64,000 nucleotides of DNA from Omnitrophica bacterium GWA2_41_15 (GCA_919902675.1 CAKKRH010000001.1:3-64002); one strand, 5' to 3'; counted from the first letter of the stretch, positions 16,310 to 24,837 are shown. Notes: generated from the letters alone by a model not told the origin. Numbers and translations are program-made.

Positions 16310-17326
16310 ATGTATAAATTAAAGAGACTACGCGTGAGTAAAGCAATGAGAGATTTGACGGCTCAAGTCAACTTGGGCATTCACAATCTGGTTATGCCTT
16401 ATTTTGTCCGCGAGGGCAAAAAGATAAGACAGCCCATAGAGGCGATGCCCGGGGTTTTTCGTTTTTCGCGGGATGAATTATTGAAAGAAGTTGAACAGTT
16501 AAGGCTTGCCGGTGTCCATTCGCTTATCCTCTTTGGCCTGCCCGGGGAAAAAGATGATGCCGGTCTAAAGGCCTATTCTGAAAACGGGGTTATTCAAAAA
16601 GCGGTCCGGGCCTTAAAGAAAAATTTTGGCGATGAACTGGCAATAATTACCGATGTCTGTTTGTGCGGCTATACTAAGCATGGGCATTGCGGCATCTTAA
16701 AAAGGCAAAAGGCAAAAGGCAAAAGGCAAAAAGAATTTTCTATTGATAATGATGAGACGCTAAAGGTTTTGGTTAAGATTGCCCTTTCTCACGCCCGGGC
16801 TGGGGCGGATATTGTGGCTCCCAGCAGTATGATGGACGGCCAGGTTCAGGCCATTCGCCAAGAGCTGGATAAAAATGGTTTTAGCGAAACCGCGATTATG
16901 GGCTATTCCGCTAAGTTTGCCTCTAACTTTTACGGGCCTTTCAGGGAGGCCGCCGGTTCCGGGATGAAATTCGGTGATCGAAAAAGCTATCAAATGGACT
17001 TTAGAAATTCGGATGAGGCTTTAAGGGAAATTGAGGCGGATATTCAGGAAGGCGCGGATATACTGATGGTCAAGCCGGCGCTGGCCTATCTGGATATAAT
17101 CGCTAAAGCCAAAGAAAGATTCGCCGTTCCTTTAGCCGCGTTTAATGTCAGCGGGGAGTATAGTATGGTAAAAACATACTGTAAGTCCACAGTCCACAGT
17201 CCACAGTCCACAGGAATAGAAAAAGAGCTGGCTTTGGAGATTTTGACCGCGATAAAAAGAGCCGGCGCAGACATAATTATTACTTATTACGCGAAAGAAG
17301 CGGCTGGATGGCTGAAGAAAACCTAA
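16310..17326 (+). CDS. hemB: porphobilinogen synthase (delta-aminolevulinate dehydratase)
   Basis: CLCGYTKHGHCG zinc site, ADIVAPSSMMDGQV, VKPA active-site Lys, NVSGEYSM, KRAGADIIITYYA. Confidence 0.9.
   Translation: MYKLKRLRVSKAMRDLTAQVNLGIHNLVMPYFVREGKKIRQPIEAMPGVFRFSRDELLKEVEQLRLAGVHSLILFGLPGEKDDAGLKAYSENGVIQKAVRALKKNFGDELAIITDVCLCGYTKHGHCGILKRQKAKGKRQKEFSIDNDETLKVLVKIALSHARAGADIVAPSSMMDGQVQAIRQELDKNGFSETAIMGYSAKFASNFYGPFREAAGSGMKFGDRKSYQMDFRNSDEALREIEADIQEGADILMVKPALAYLDIIAKAKERFAVPLAAFNVSGEYSMVKTYCKSTVHSPQSTGIEKELALEILTAIKRAGADIIITYYAKEAAGWLKKT
16704..16731 (+). repeat. (GGCAAAA)x4 heptanucleotide array inside hemB
   Basis: GGC recurs at 16704, 16711, 16718 and 16725. The array is translated as KRQKAKGKRQK directly after the HGHCGIL zinc-site motif. 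Confidence 0.85.
17184..17212 (+). repeat. (AGTCCAC)x4 heptanucleotide array inside hemB
   Basis: GTCCACA at 17185, 17192, 17199 and 17206. The array is translated as KSTVHSPQST between NVSGEYSMVK and EKELALEIL. Confidence 0.85.
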
Positions 17327-18546
17327 CAAACTACAAATTACAAACTACAAACTACCACCTTTTTCGCGAAGCAAAAAAGGTTATCCCCGGCGGAGTAAAT
17401 AGCCCGGTGCGCTCGTTTAAGGCGGTGGGAGGCGCTCCGGTTTTTATCAAAAAGGCCTCCGGCTCAAAATTTCTCGCTGAAGACGGTAAAACCTATATAG
17501 ATTACTGTATGTCCTGGGGGGCGTTATTATTAGGCCATGCTCACTCTGAGGTTGTATCCGGGGTAAAAAAGGCGGTTGAAAAAGGCACCAGCTACGGCGC
17601 GGCTACCAAGGCCGAGACCGAATTCGCCAAGATTATTACTCGAGCCATTCCTTCCTGCGAGCTGGCGCGTTTGGTCTCATCAGGTACTGAAGCGGCGATG
17701 TCGGCAATCCGGGTTGCCCGGGGTTATACCAGGAAAAATAAAATCATTAAGTTTAAGGAATGTTATCACGGCCACAGCGATTATTTCTTATCGGGAAAAA
17801 GCGCCGGCATCCCGGAAAATATAAGCCGGGATGTCTATAGTCTTGATTATAATAACTTAGAGCAAGCGGAAGAAGCCTTAGAAAAAGATAAGGATATTGC
17901 CTGCGTGATTGTTGAACCGATCGCGGCCAATACCGGTTTGATCCTGCCTTTAAAAAGTTTCTTAGAAGGCCTGCGCAAGCTGACCTTAAAGCATAAAGCC
18001 CTGCTTATTTTTGATGAGGTGATTACCGGCTTTCGTTTTTGTTTTGGAGGCGTCCAGAATATCTTTGGGATTATCCCGGATTTGACCTGTTTAGGCAAGA
18101 TTATTGGCGGGGGTTTTCCTTTGGCCTGCTTTGGGGGAAAAAAAGAAATTATGCGCCACCTTGCTCCACTGGGAAGCGTTTATCAGGCCGGCACATTATC
18201 CGGAAACCCGGTCGCGGTCCAGGCCGGGCTTAAAACTTTAGAAATTATCAAAAAGCCCGGTTTTTATAAAAGGCTCAATGAAAAAGCCGGGTCTTTTTAT
18301 AAAAAAATAGACGGAATAATTGAAAATAAGAAAACGAATATTGTCTTAAACCGTTTTGGGGCGATGTTTCATTTCAGTTTTAAAGATAAAAAACAGTTCA
18401 GCGGATTTTTTCATAATCTATTAGCCCAAGGGATTTATCTTTCGCCGGCAGGCGATGAGGTGTGTTTTGTCTCGGCGGCGCATACGGATAAAGATTTTGA
18501 AATAACTTTAAAAGCATTGAATCATTTAAAAGAGAGGTTGGTATGA
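17308..18546 (+). CDS. hemL: glutamate-1-semialdehyde 2,1-aminomutase
   Basis: LFREAKKVIPGGVNSPVRSF, FDEVITGFR, LGKIIGGGFP (PLP Lys). Confidence 0.9.
   Translation: MAEENLTNYKLQTTNYHLFREAKKVIPGGVNSPVRSFKAVGGAPVFIKKASGSKFLAEDGKTYIDYCMSWGALLLGHAHSEVVSGVKKAVEKGTSYGAATKAETEFAKIITRAIPSCELARLVSSGTEAAMSAIRVARGYTRKNKIIKFKECYHGHSDYFLSGKSAGIPENISRDVYSLDYNNLEQAEEALEKDKDIACVIVEPIAANTGLILPLKSFLEGLRKLTLKHKALLIFDEVITGFRFCFGGVQNIFGIIPDLTCLGKIIGGGFPLACFGGKKEIMRHLAPLGSVYQAGTLSGNPVAVQAGLKTLEIIKKPGFYKRLNEKAGSFYKKIDGIIENKKTNIVLNRFGAMFHFSFKDKKQFSGFFHNLLAQGIYLSPAGDEVCFVSAAHTDKDFEITLKALNHLKERLV
17327..17354 (+). repeat. (CAAAYTA)x4 heptanucleotide array at hemB stop / hemL N-terminus
   Basis: CAAACTA CAAATTA CAAACTA CAAACTA, translated as the NLTNYKLQTTNYH extension of HemL. 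Confidence 0.8.
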
Positions 18547-18803
18547 TTACTATCGTCCTTAACGGAAAGAAAGAAGAATTGGAAAAAGAATTGACGGTTT
18601 TGGAATTATTAAAGAAGAAAAATATCCGCCCGGAAGTGGTGACAGTGGAATTAAACGAGAAAATCCTTGGCCGTCAGGAATTTGAGCAGACAATTATCCG
18701 GAATAATGATAAAATAGAGTTTGTTTATTTTATGGGAGGCGGCGGTTCGACTCAGCTGCCTTCGGCAGTTTTGCTCACCGTTGTAGAGTCGAAGGAGAGG
18801 TGA
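18543..18803 (+). CDS. ThiS-like sulfur-carrier (ubiquitin-fold) protein with 18-aa extension after the GG motif
   Basis: 68-aa ThiS-like core ending FVYFMGGGG, followed by STQLPSAVLLTVVESKER. ATGA overlap with hemL. Confidence 0.65.
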   Translation: MITIVLNGKKEELEKELTVLELLKKKNIRPEVVTVELNEKILGRQEFEQTIIRNNDKIEFVYFMGGGGSTQLPSAVLLTVVESKER

Positions 18804-18804
18804 T

Positions 18805-19737
18805 ATGCCATTTTCAGATAAAGTTGCCAATAATGTCTTAGAGCTTATTTGTAATACCCCGATTATCCGGCTTAACCGCTTGCCGGATAAGGATTCGGCG
18901 GTTATCTATGCCAAGTTAGAACAGTTTAATCCCGGAGGCTCGGTTAAAGACCGGATATGTTTGTCTATGATCCAGGAAGCTGAAAAAGAAGGCCTGCTTA
19001 AAAGCGGCTCAACCATAATTGAGCCGACCTCCGGTAACACCGGCATAGGCCTGGCAATGGTGGGAGCGGTAAAGGGTTGCCGGGTAATTCTGACTATGCC
19101 TGAGACTATGTCTATAGAGAGGATATATATCCTGAAATCTTTGGGCGCGGAAGTAGTGCTTACCCCGGGGATAGAGGGAATGAGCGGGGCAATCAAAAAG
19201 GCGGAGGAGCTTCTGAAGAATACCCCGAATAGCTTTATGCCGCAGCAATTTAAGAACAAGGCTAATCCCAAAATACACCGCGAAACCACCGCCAGGGAAA
19301 TCTTGAATGTTCTGGGAAATAAAATAGACGCCTTTGTATGCGGCGTAGGCACCGGCGGGACTATTACCGGTGTGGGGGAGGCCTTAAAAGAAAAGAATCC
19401 TAGGATAAGAGTTATCGCGGTTGAACCGGAGGCCTCGGCGGTCCTTTCCGGAGAAAAGCCGGGCGCGCATAAAATCCAGGGGATAGGCGCGGGATTTGTT
19501 CCTGAGATATTAAACCGCGAAGTTATTGACCGGATTATCAAGGTTTCAGATAACGATGCTTTTAAGACGGCCAGAAGATTAGCCAAAGAAGAAGGATTAT
19601 TCGTGGGGTTATCCAGCGGGGCCGCGGCCTGGGCCGCCTTAAAAATAGCCCAGGACTTAGGAAAAAATAAAACCGTAGTTACCATATTTCCGGATACCGG
19701 GGAAAGATACGGGAGTATGCAGCAATACTTTGAGTGA
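18805..19737 (+). CDS. cysK: cysteine synthase (O-acetylserine/O-phosphoserine sulfhydrylase, CysK/CysM family)
   Basis: NPGGSVKDR PLP-Lys motif, TSGNTG, GVGTGGTITG. Confidence 0.9.
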   Translation: MPFSDKVANNVLELICNTPIIRLNRLPDKDSAVIYAKLEQFNPGGSVKDRICLSMIQEAEKEGLLKSGSTIIEPTSGNTGIGLAMVGAVKGCRVILTMPETMSIERIYILKSLGAEVVLTPGIEGMSGAIKKAEELLKNTPNSFMPQQFKNKANPKIHRETTAREILNVLGNKIDAFVCGVGTGGTITGVGEALKEKNPRIRVIAVEPEASAVLSGEKPGAHKIQGIGAGFVPEILNREVIDRIIKVSDNDAFKTARRLAKEEGLFVGLSSGAAAWAALKIAQDLGKNKTVVTIFPDTGERYGSMQQYFE

Positions 19738-19744
19738 GAATAAA

Positions 19745-22102
19745 ATGTTTAAACTGCCTAACGAAGTAAAAGAGAGCATAAAAAATTACCGTAGTTCTTT
19801 GGAAGACCTGCTTAGCGGAAAAATCAGCCCGGCGCGCTTTACCGGCGTGCGGGTGCCCTGGGGGCTTTACAGCCATCGCGGGGGCAAGGTCTTTATGAGC
19901 CGCGTCCGGATTCCCGCAGGGCAGGTCAGCGCCGAACAGCTTAAGGCCATCGCGCGCTGCGCCCGCGCCTATGGGAATGGGATCACTCATATCACCACCA
20001 GGCAGGATATCCAAATCCATGAAGTAAAGATTGAAGATACGATTAAGGTTATTGAGTATCTGAAGGATTTTGAGCTTTCTCCCCGGGGCGGAGGAAGCAA
20101 TACCGTGAGGAATGTTACCGCTTGTGTTTTCTCCGGGATATGTCCGGATGAGGTCTTTGATACCGCCGGATACGCCATTTCTCTCACTGAATACCTTCTG
20201 GCCCAGGACAGTTCCTTTAACCTGCCGCGTAAATTCAAGGTTGCTTTCTCCGGATGCGCTAAGGACTGCGCGGCGATAGTGGTTAATGATGTCGGACTCT
20301 TAGCTAAAATAAAAGACGGGCAAAAAGGTTTTCAGGTTTTTGTCGGCGGAGGAATGGGCGCGGAGTCGCTTACCGGGCATCTCTTGGAGGAGTTTATCTC
20401 CGAGGCTGAGTTAGGTTATTGCGTCAGCGCCGTCAAAAATGTGTATTCCAAGCAAGGCGACCGCCGGAATAAGCACCATAACCGCTTAAGGTTTTTGATT
20501 AAAGATAACGGTATGGATGTTTTTAAGAAATGGTATCAGGAGGAGTTAAGAGTATTGAAAGAGGCCGAATACATCAACTTGAGGAATATTGAACCGGCGT
20601 CTCCTCAAGTCTCTGGCGGGGATATCCCTAAGGTGGAGGATAAAGACTTTAATGAATTTATAAAATACAATCTTATTGAACAGAAACAAAGCGGTTTAGT
20701 GATTGTGGAATTAAGGATTCCCCGGGGTGACCTTCCCGCGGATAGGCTGGAGAAAATCGCCGCGTTGGAAAATTATTTTCCCGGCCTGGAATACCGGGCT
20801 TCCCAGAATCAAAATCTTTGCCTTTGTAATATCCGAAAGTCCGATACCCATGAGTTGTTTTTAAAGCTGAAAGATATTTTAGAGGATTTTATCTATCCGG
20901 ACAGCCTCCAGGATGTGGTCTGCTGTAAGGGCGCGCTTACCTGTAATCTCGGCCTATGTAATTCACCGGCTTTGACCGAGGAGCTGGAGAAGCTGATAAG
21001 AGATAATTTTATCGCAAAGGCAGTGCTGAAAAAGATAAATATCAAGATAAACGGCTGTCCTAATGCCTGCGGCCAGCATCCCCTGGGGCTTATTTCCCTG
21101 CACGGAATGGTGCGCCGGGTAGGCGGGCATCCGGTTCCCTTTTATAAACTGCTTTTAGGAGGCAGGAAAGGCATTACCCTGACCCGCCTGGCTAAAGACA
21201 CCAAACTGATGATACCGGCTAAGAACTTGTTATTGTTCTTTAAGGACTTCCTGGATAAAATAAACAGCCAGATTGATGAAAATACGGATATCTATAGTTA
21301 TTTTGATGAACAGGCGGAAAGCGCGGCCAGAGAGATTACCCAGCGCTACGGCTATGTTCCGGCTTATTCGGAGAATAAGGATTATTACATTGATTGGGGC
21401 AGAAGCGAAGAGTTTTCCCTGGAGGGTATGGGGCCGGGTGAGTGCGGCTCAGGGGTTATGGATATGATTGATACGGATTTAAGCGATGCCAAAATTCATC
21501 TGGAAGCCGCGCGCGAAGATAATTATTCTGTCCAGGAAATAAAGAAGGCTTTATTCTTCAGCGCCCGGGCCCTTTTGGTGGTGCGCGGAGCTGACCCCCG
21601 GGATGAATTAAGCGCCTTAAATGATTTTGTGGAAAAGTTTGTCCGGGCAGGATTGGCTGATGGCAAATTTTCCCGGCTTAAAGAAGTATATGTCTCTTTA
21701 TCTGAAGGCCTAAGCCCTAAAGAGAAGGAAGAGAAATTTTTATACGCCCAGGAATATCTGGAACACATAAAAGAAGTATATAAAAATATGGACCCCCAGT
21801 TTAATTTTCCTAAATATTCCGCCCCTGTCTCTCAACAGGAGGTAAAAGTAGAAGTTGAGCCATCGGAAGTTAAATCTCCGGTTTTGGATTTAAAGGGGGT
21901 ACGTTGCCCGATGAATTATGTCCAGGCGAAATTATACTTAGAGAATATCAAGATCGGCGAGACGGTTGAGATATGTTTAGACGAGGGTGAGCCGATCCAG
22001 AATGTCCCGGTCAGCCTTAAAAACGACGGCCAGGAGATCTTAGGGATTACAAGAATAGAGAATTATTATAAGGTGCTGGTAAAAAAATTAGTTGATAGTT
22101 GA
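19745..22102 (+). CDS. assimilatory-type sulfite reductase (NIR_SIR siroheme/4Fe-4S) fused to C-terminal TusA/SirA-like domain
   Basis: TACVFSGIC...SGCAKDC and CCKGALTCNLGLC...NGCPNAC cluster motifs. C-terminal LDLKGVRCPMNYVQAKL...GETVEICLDEGEP is TusA-like. ATG 19745 is preferred over track GTG 19730. Confidence 0.75.
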   Translation: MFKLPNEVKESIKNYRSSLEDLLSGKISPARFTGVRVPWGLYSHRGGKVFMSRVRIPAGQVSAEQLKAIARCARAYGNGITHITTRQDIQIHEVKIEDTIKVIEYLKDFELSPRGGGSNTVRNVTACVFSGICPDEVFDTAGYAISLTEYLLAQDSSFNLPRKFKVAFSGCAKDCAAIVVNDVGLLAKIKDGQKGFQVFVGGGMGAESLTGHLLEEFISEAELGYCVSAVKNVYSKQGDRRNKHHNRLRFLIKDNGMDVFKKWYQEELRVLKEAEYINLRNIEPASPQVSGGDIPKVEDKDFNEFIKYNLIEQKQSGLVIVELRIPRGDLPADRLEKIAALENYFPGLEYRASQNQNLCLCNIRKSDTHELFLKLKDILEDFIYPDSLQDVVCCKGALTCNLGLCNSPALTEELEKLIRDNFIAKAVLKKINIKINGCPNACGQHPLGLISLHGMVRRVGGHPVPFYKLLLGGRKGITLTRLAKDTKLMIPAKNLLLFFKDFLDKINSQIDENTDIYSYFDEQAESAAREITQRYGYVPAYSENKDYYIDWGRSEEFSLEGMGPGECGSGVMDMIDTDLSDAKIHLEAAREDNYSVQEIKKALFFSARALLVVRGADPRDELSALNDFVEKFVRAGLADGKFSRLKEVYVSLSEGLSPKEKEEKFLYAQEYLEHIKEVYKNMDPQFNFPKYSAPVSQQEVKVEVEPSEVKSPVLDLKGVRCPMNYVQAKLYLENIKIGETVEICLDEGEPIQNVPVSLKNDGQEILGITRIENYYKVLVKKLVDS

Positions 22103-22117
22103 TAGTTTATGGTTTAT
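22090..22117. repeat. heptanucleotide array (GTTGATA GTTGATA GTTTATG GTTTATA)
   Basis: Read directly across the sulfite reductase stop codon. Confidence 0.75.
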
Positions 22118-22144
22118 AGCAAACCTAAACTAAAGGAGCAGGCT

Positions 22145-23419
22145 ATGAGCTATGTGTTAGGTTTAAAATGCCGGGAATGTGGCCGGGAATACCCTAAGGA
22201 TGTTTTGTTTGTCTGCGAGTATTGCTTTGGCTCTTTAGAAGTAAATTATGATTACAAAGCTATCAAGAAAAACCTGACCAAAGAAACTCTCTTGGGCCGT
22301 CCCAAAAATATGTGGCGCTATAAGGAGCTCCTGCCCATTGATAAAGACCCGGCAGTCGGGCTAGATTCAGGATATACTCCTTTGATTAAGGCGAATAATT
22401 TGGCCAGGGTTTTGGGAGTGAGAGAGCTTTATCTCAAAGACGATTCCGTAAATCATCCAACCTTGTCTTTTAAAGACAGGGTGGTCTCCGTGGCTATCTC
22501 CAAGGCCAGGGAATTTGGTTTTGACACCGTGGCCTGCGCCTCAACCGGCAATCTGGCTAATTCCGTCTCGGCCCAGGCCGCATCCTGCGGGCTAAAGGCT
22601 TATATTTTTATTCCGGCTGACCTGGAAACAGGTAAGGTGGTAGCCTCGCAGATTTATAATCCCAACCTTATCGGTATTGAAGGAAACTATGATGAGGTTA
22701 ACCGTCTTTGTTCGGAGATTGCCTCCAGATACCGCTGGGCCTTTGTGAACATCAATATCCGTCCCTTTTACGCCGAGGGCTCCAAGTCAATGGGGTATGA
22801 GATTGCCGAGCAATTGGATTGGAAATTGCCCAAACATATTGTGGTGCCGTCAGCAGGCGGCTCGTTGATTACTAAGCTTTGGAAGAGCTTTAAGGAATTG
22901 AAAGAGCTGGGATTTCTGGAGAAGGCGGATACTAAGGTTTACTGCGCCCAGGGCCAGGGCTGCGCCCCGATAGTTACCGCGATCAAGGAAAAGTCCGAGG
23001 TAATTCGGCCGGTTAAGCCCAAGACTATTGCCAAGAGCCTGGCGATCGGAAATCCCGCCGACGGATATTATGCCGTAGACACGGTGAGAAAATCCGGCGG
23101 TTTTGCTGAGGAGGCCTCTGACGAAGAAATTGTAGAGGCAATAAAATTATTAGCCAAAACCGAAGGAATTTTCACCGAGACCGCCGGAGGGGTTACTTTG
23201 GCGGCAGCCAAGAAGCTAATCGAGCAGGGGATTATTCCTAAAGACGAGTCAATTGTCATCTGCATTACCGGAAACGGCCTTAAGACCCTGGAAGTGGTTA
23301 CTAAGTCTTTGCCCAGGCTGGTGAAAATCAAACCAAACTTAGCCAGTTTTGAAGAGCATATTAAAAACGGCGCGCACCAGAAGATTTCCGAGAACAAGGT
23401 TATTGAGTATTATATTTAA
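22145..23419 (+). CDS. threonine synthase-like PLP enzyme with N-terminal zinc ribbon (MetM-like candidate)
   Basis: CRECG...CEYC zinc ribbon, HPTLSFKDR PLP-Lys motif, ASTGNLANS. ATG 22145 behind AAGGAG is preferred over track start 22109, which lies in the heptad array. Confidence 0.8.
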   Translation: MSYVLGLKCRECGREYPKDVLFVCEYCFGSLEVNYDYKAIKKNLTKETLLGRPKNMWRYKELLPIDKDPAVGLDSGYTPLIKANNLARVLGVRELYLKDDSVNHPTLSFKDRVVSVAISKAREFGFDTVACASTGNLANSVSAQAASCGLKAYIFIPADLETGKVVASQIYNPNLIGIEGNYDEVNRLCSEIASRYRWAFVNINIRPFYAEGSKSMGYEIAEQLDWKLPKHIVVPSAGGSLITKLWKSFKELKELGFLEKADTKVYCAQGQGCAPIVTAIKEKSEVIRPVKPKTIAKSLAIGNPADGYYAVDTVRKSGGFAEEASDEEIVEAIKLLAKTEGIFTETAGGVTLAAAKKLIEQGIIPKDESIVICITGNGLKTLEVVTKSLPRLVKIKPNLASFEEHIKNGAHQKISENKVIEYYI

Positions 23420-23430
23420 GGAGGAAAGAA

Positions 23431-23718
23431 ATGATGGCAAAAGTTAAGGTGAGGATTCCGGCGCCCCTGCAGAAGATTACCCAGAATAAACAGGAGGTAA
23501 TTGCTGAGGCAAAGAATATCAAAGAGCTGATTCTGGATTTAGAGAAACAGTTTCCGGGGATGAAAGACCGCCTGCTGGATGAAAGCGGGAAGATTCGGCG
23601 TTTTATTAATTTCTATGTTAATGATGAGGATATTCGTTTTCTGAAACAGGACGAAACCCAGTTAGTTGAGGGAAGTGAAGTTTCCATAATTCCCGCTATT
23701 GCCGGCGGCCTAAAATAG
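23431..23718 (+). CDS. MoaD/CysO-like sulfur-carrier protein with GG followed by 2 extra residues (LK)
   Basis: 95-aa beta-grasp-like ORF ending SIIPAIAGG-LK. GGAGG RBS. Confidence 0.65.
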   Translation: MMAKVKVRIPAPLQKITQNKQEVIAEAKNIKELILDLEKQFPGMKDRLLDESGKIRRFINFYVNDEDIRFLKQDETQLVEGSEVSIIPAIAGGLK

Positions 23719-23740
23719 TTTATAACTAAGAGGAAAAAAG

Positions 23741-24565
23741 ATGGCGTTAACTAATGAGCAGATTGACCGGTATTCCCGGCAGATAATTTTACCAAATGTC
23801 GGGGGTAAGGGCCAGGATAAGATTCTTAAAAGCAAAGTTTTGGTTATCGGAACCGGCGGCCTGGGGGCGCCCTGCAGTTTTTATCTGGCCGCCGCCGGGG
23901 TGGGAAAAATCGGTTTAGTGGATTCGGATAAGGTTGAGTTGAATAACCTGCAAAGACAGATTGTGCATACTACTTTGGATGTAGGCATACCCAAGGTTGA
24001 ATCCGGGAAGAAACGGTTGAACGCCTTAAATCCGGATACCGAGGTAGTTACCTATAATTTAAGGTTAGATTCCGGTAATATTCTGGATGTGATTAAAGAT
24101 TACGATATCGTGGTGGACGGCTCGGATAATTTCCCCACCCGTTATTTAGTCAATGATGCCTGCGTGATTGCTAAAAAACCTTTAGTGCATGCCGGAATTT
24201 TTCGTTACGACGGCCAGATTATGACTATCCTGCCGGGGAAAGGCCCTTGTTACCGCTGCCTGTTCCCGGAGCCGCCTCCGGCCGGGGCTGTGCCCAGTTG
24301 TCAGGAGGGAGGGATACTCGGGGCAGTGGCCGGGGTTTTGGGAGTGCTCCAGGCCAATGAGGCCCTGAAATTTATCCTGCAAAGCGGAGAGCTTTTATCC
24401 GGAAGGCTGTTGATATTTAACGCCTCAGATGCTTCTTTTAGGACAGTTAAAGTGCCTAAGGATAAAGATTGTCCGGTTTGCTCAGAACATCCCACAGTTA
24501 CCAAATTAATTGATTATCAGGAATTCTGCAGTTTGAAGCAGAATAAGGATTGCAGTATAAAATAG
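23741..24565 (+). CDS. ThiF/MoeB/HesA family E1-like adenylyltransferase (no rhodanese domain)
   Basis: RYSRQIILPNVG, GTGGLGAP nucleotide loop, DNFPTRY, CYRC and CPVC zinc pairs. Confidence 0.85.
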   Translation: MALTNEQIDRYSRQIILPNVGGKGQDKILKSKVLVIGTGGLGAPCSFYLAAAGVGKIGLVDSDKVELNNLQRQIVHTTLDVGIPKVESGKKRLNALNPDTEVVTYNLRLDSGNILDVIKDYDIVVDGSDNFPTRYLVNDACVIAKKPLVHAGIFRYDGQIMTILPGKGPCYRCLFPEPPPAGAVPSCQEGGILGAVAGVLGVLQANEALKFILQSGELLSGRLLIFNASDASFRTVKVPKDKDCPVCSEHPTVTKLIDYQEFCSLKQNKDCSIK

Positions 24566-24571
24566 GAGATA

Positions 24572-24814
24572 ATGATGGCAAAAAGAATAATAAAGCTTAC
24601 TTTCCCCAAGGATCTGATTAAAGAACCTTTAACCTTCACTATGGCTAAGAAATATAATATTATGCCCAATATCCGCCGGGCCAAGGTTACCGAGAGCGTG
24701 GGGGAGCTGGTTCTGGAGTTAGACGGCCAGGAGCAGGATTTGGATAAGGGCGTTGAGTTTTTGAAGAAGTCAGGGGTAATTGTGGAATCTATCGTCGGAG
24801 ATGTAATCGGGTAG
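24572..24814 (+). CDS. NIL domain protein
   Basis: 80 aa. The IIKLTFPKDLIKEPLTFTMAKKYNIMPNIRRAKV pattern resembles the NIL domain of MetN C-termini and methanogen homocysteine-synthesis partners. Confidence 0.6.
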   Translation: MMAKRIIKLTFPKDLIKEPLTFTMAKKYNIMPNIRRAKVTESVGELVLELDGQEQDLDKGVEFLKKSGVIVESIVGDVIG

Positions 24815-24837
24815 GGGCGAACGGACCTTCGCCCCTA
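24812..24837 (+). terminator. GC-rich hairpin at operon end
   Basis: TAGGGGCGAA cggacc TTCGCCCCTA, a 10-bp perfect stem that includes the stop codon. No T-run follows. Confidence 0.4.

Noticed and set aside
18745-18800. GGTTCGACTC plus CTGCC-TTCG-GGCAG hairpin, looked at as a possible tRNA or T-arm
   Set aside because: No acceptor, D or anticodon arms can be drawn. The segment is in frame within the ThiS-like tail and carries the cysK RBS.
18906-19685. 259-aa minus-strand ORF
   Set aside because: It is antisense to cysK, whose PLP motifs are unambiguous on the + strand. It is a shadow ORF.
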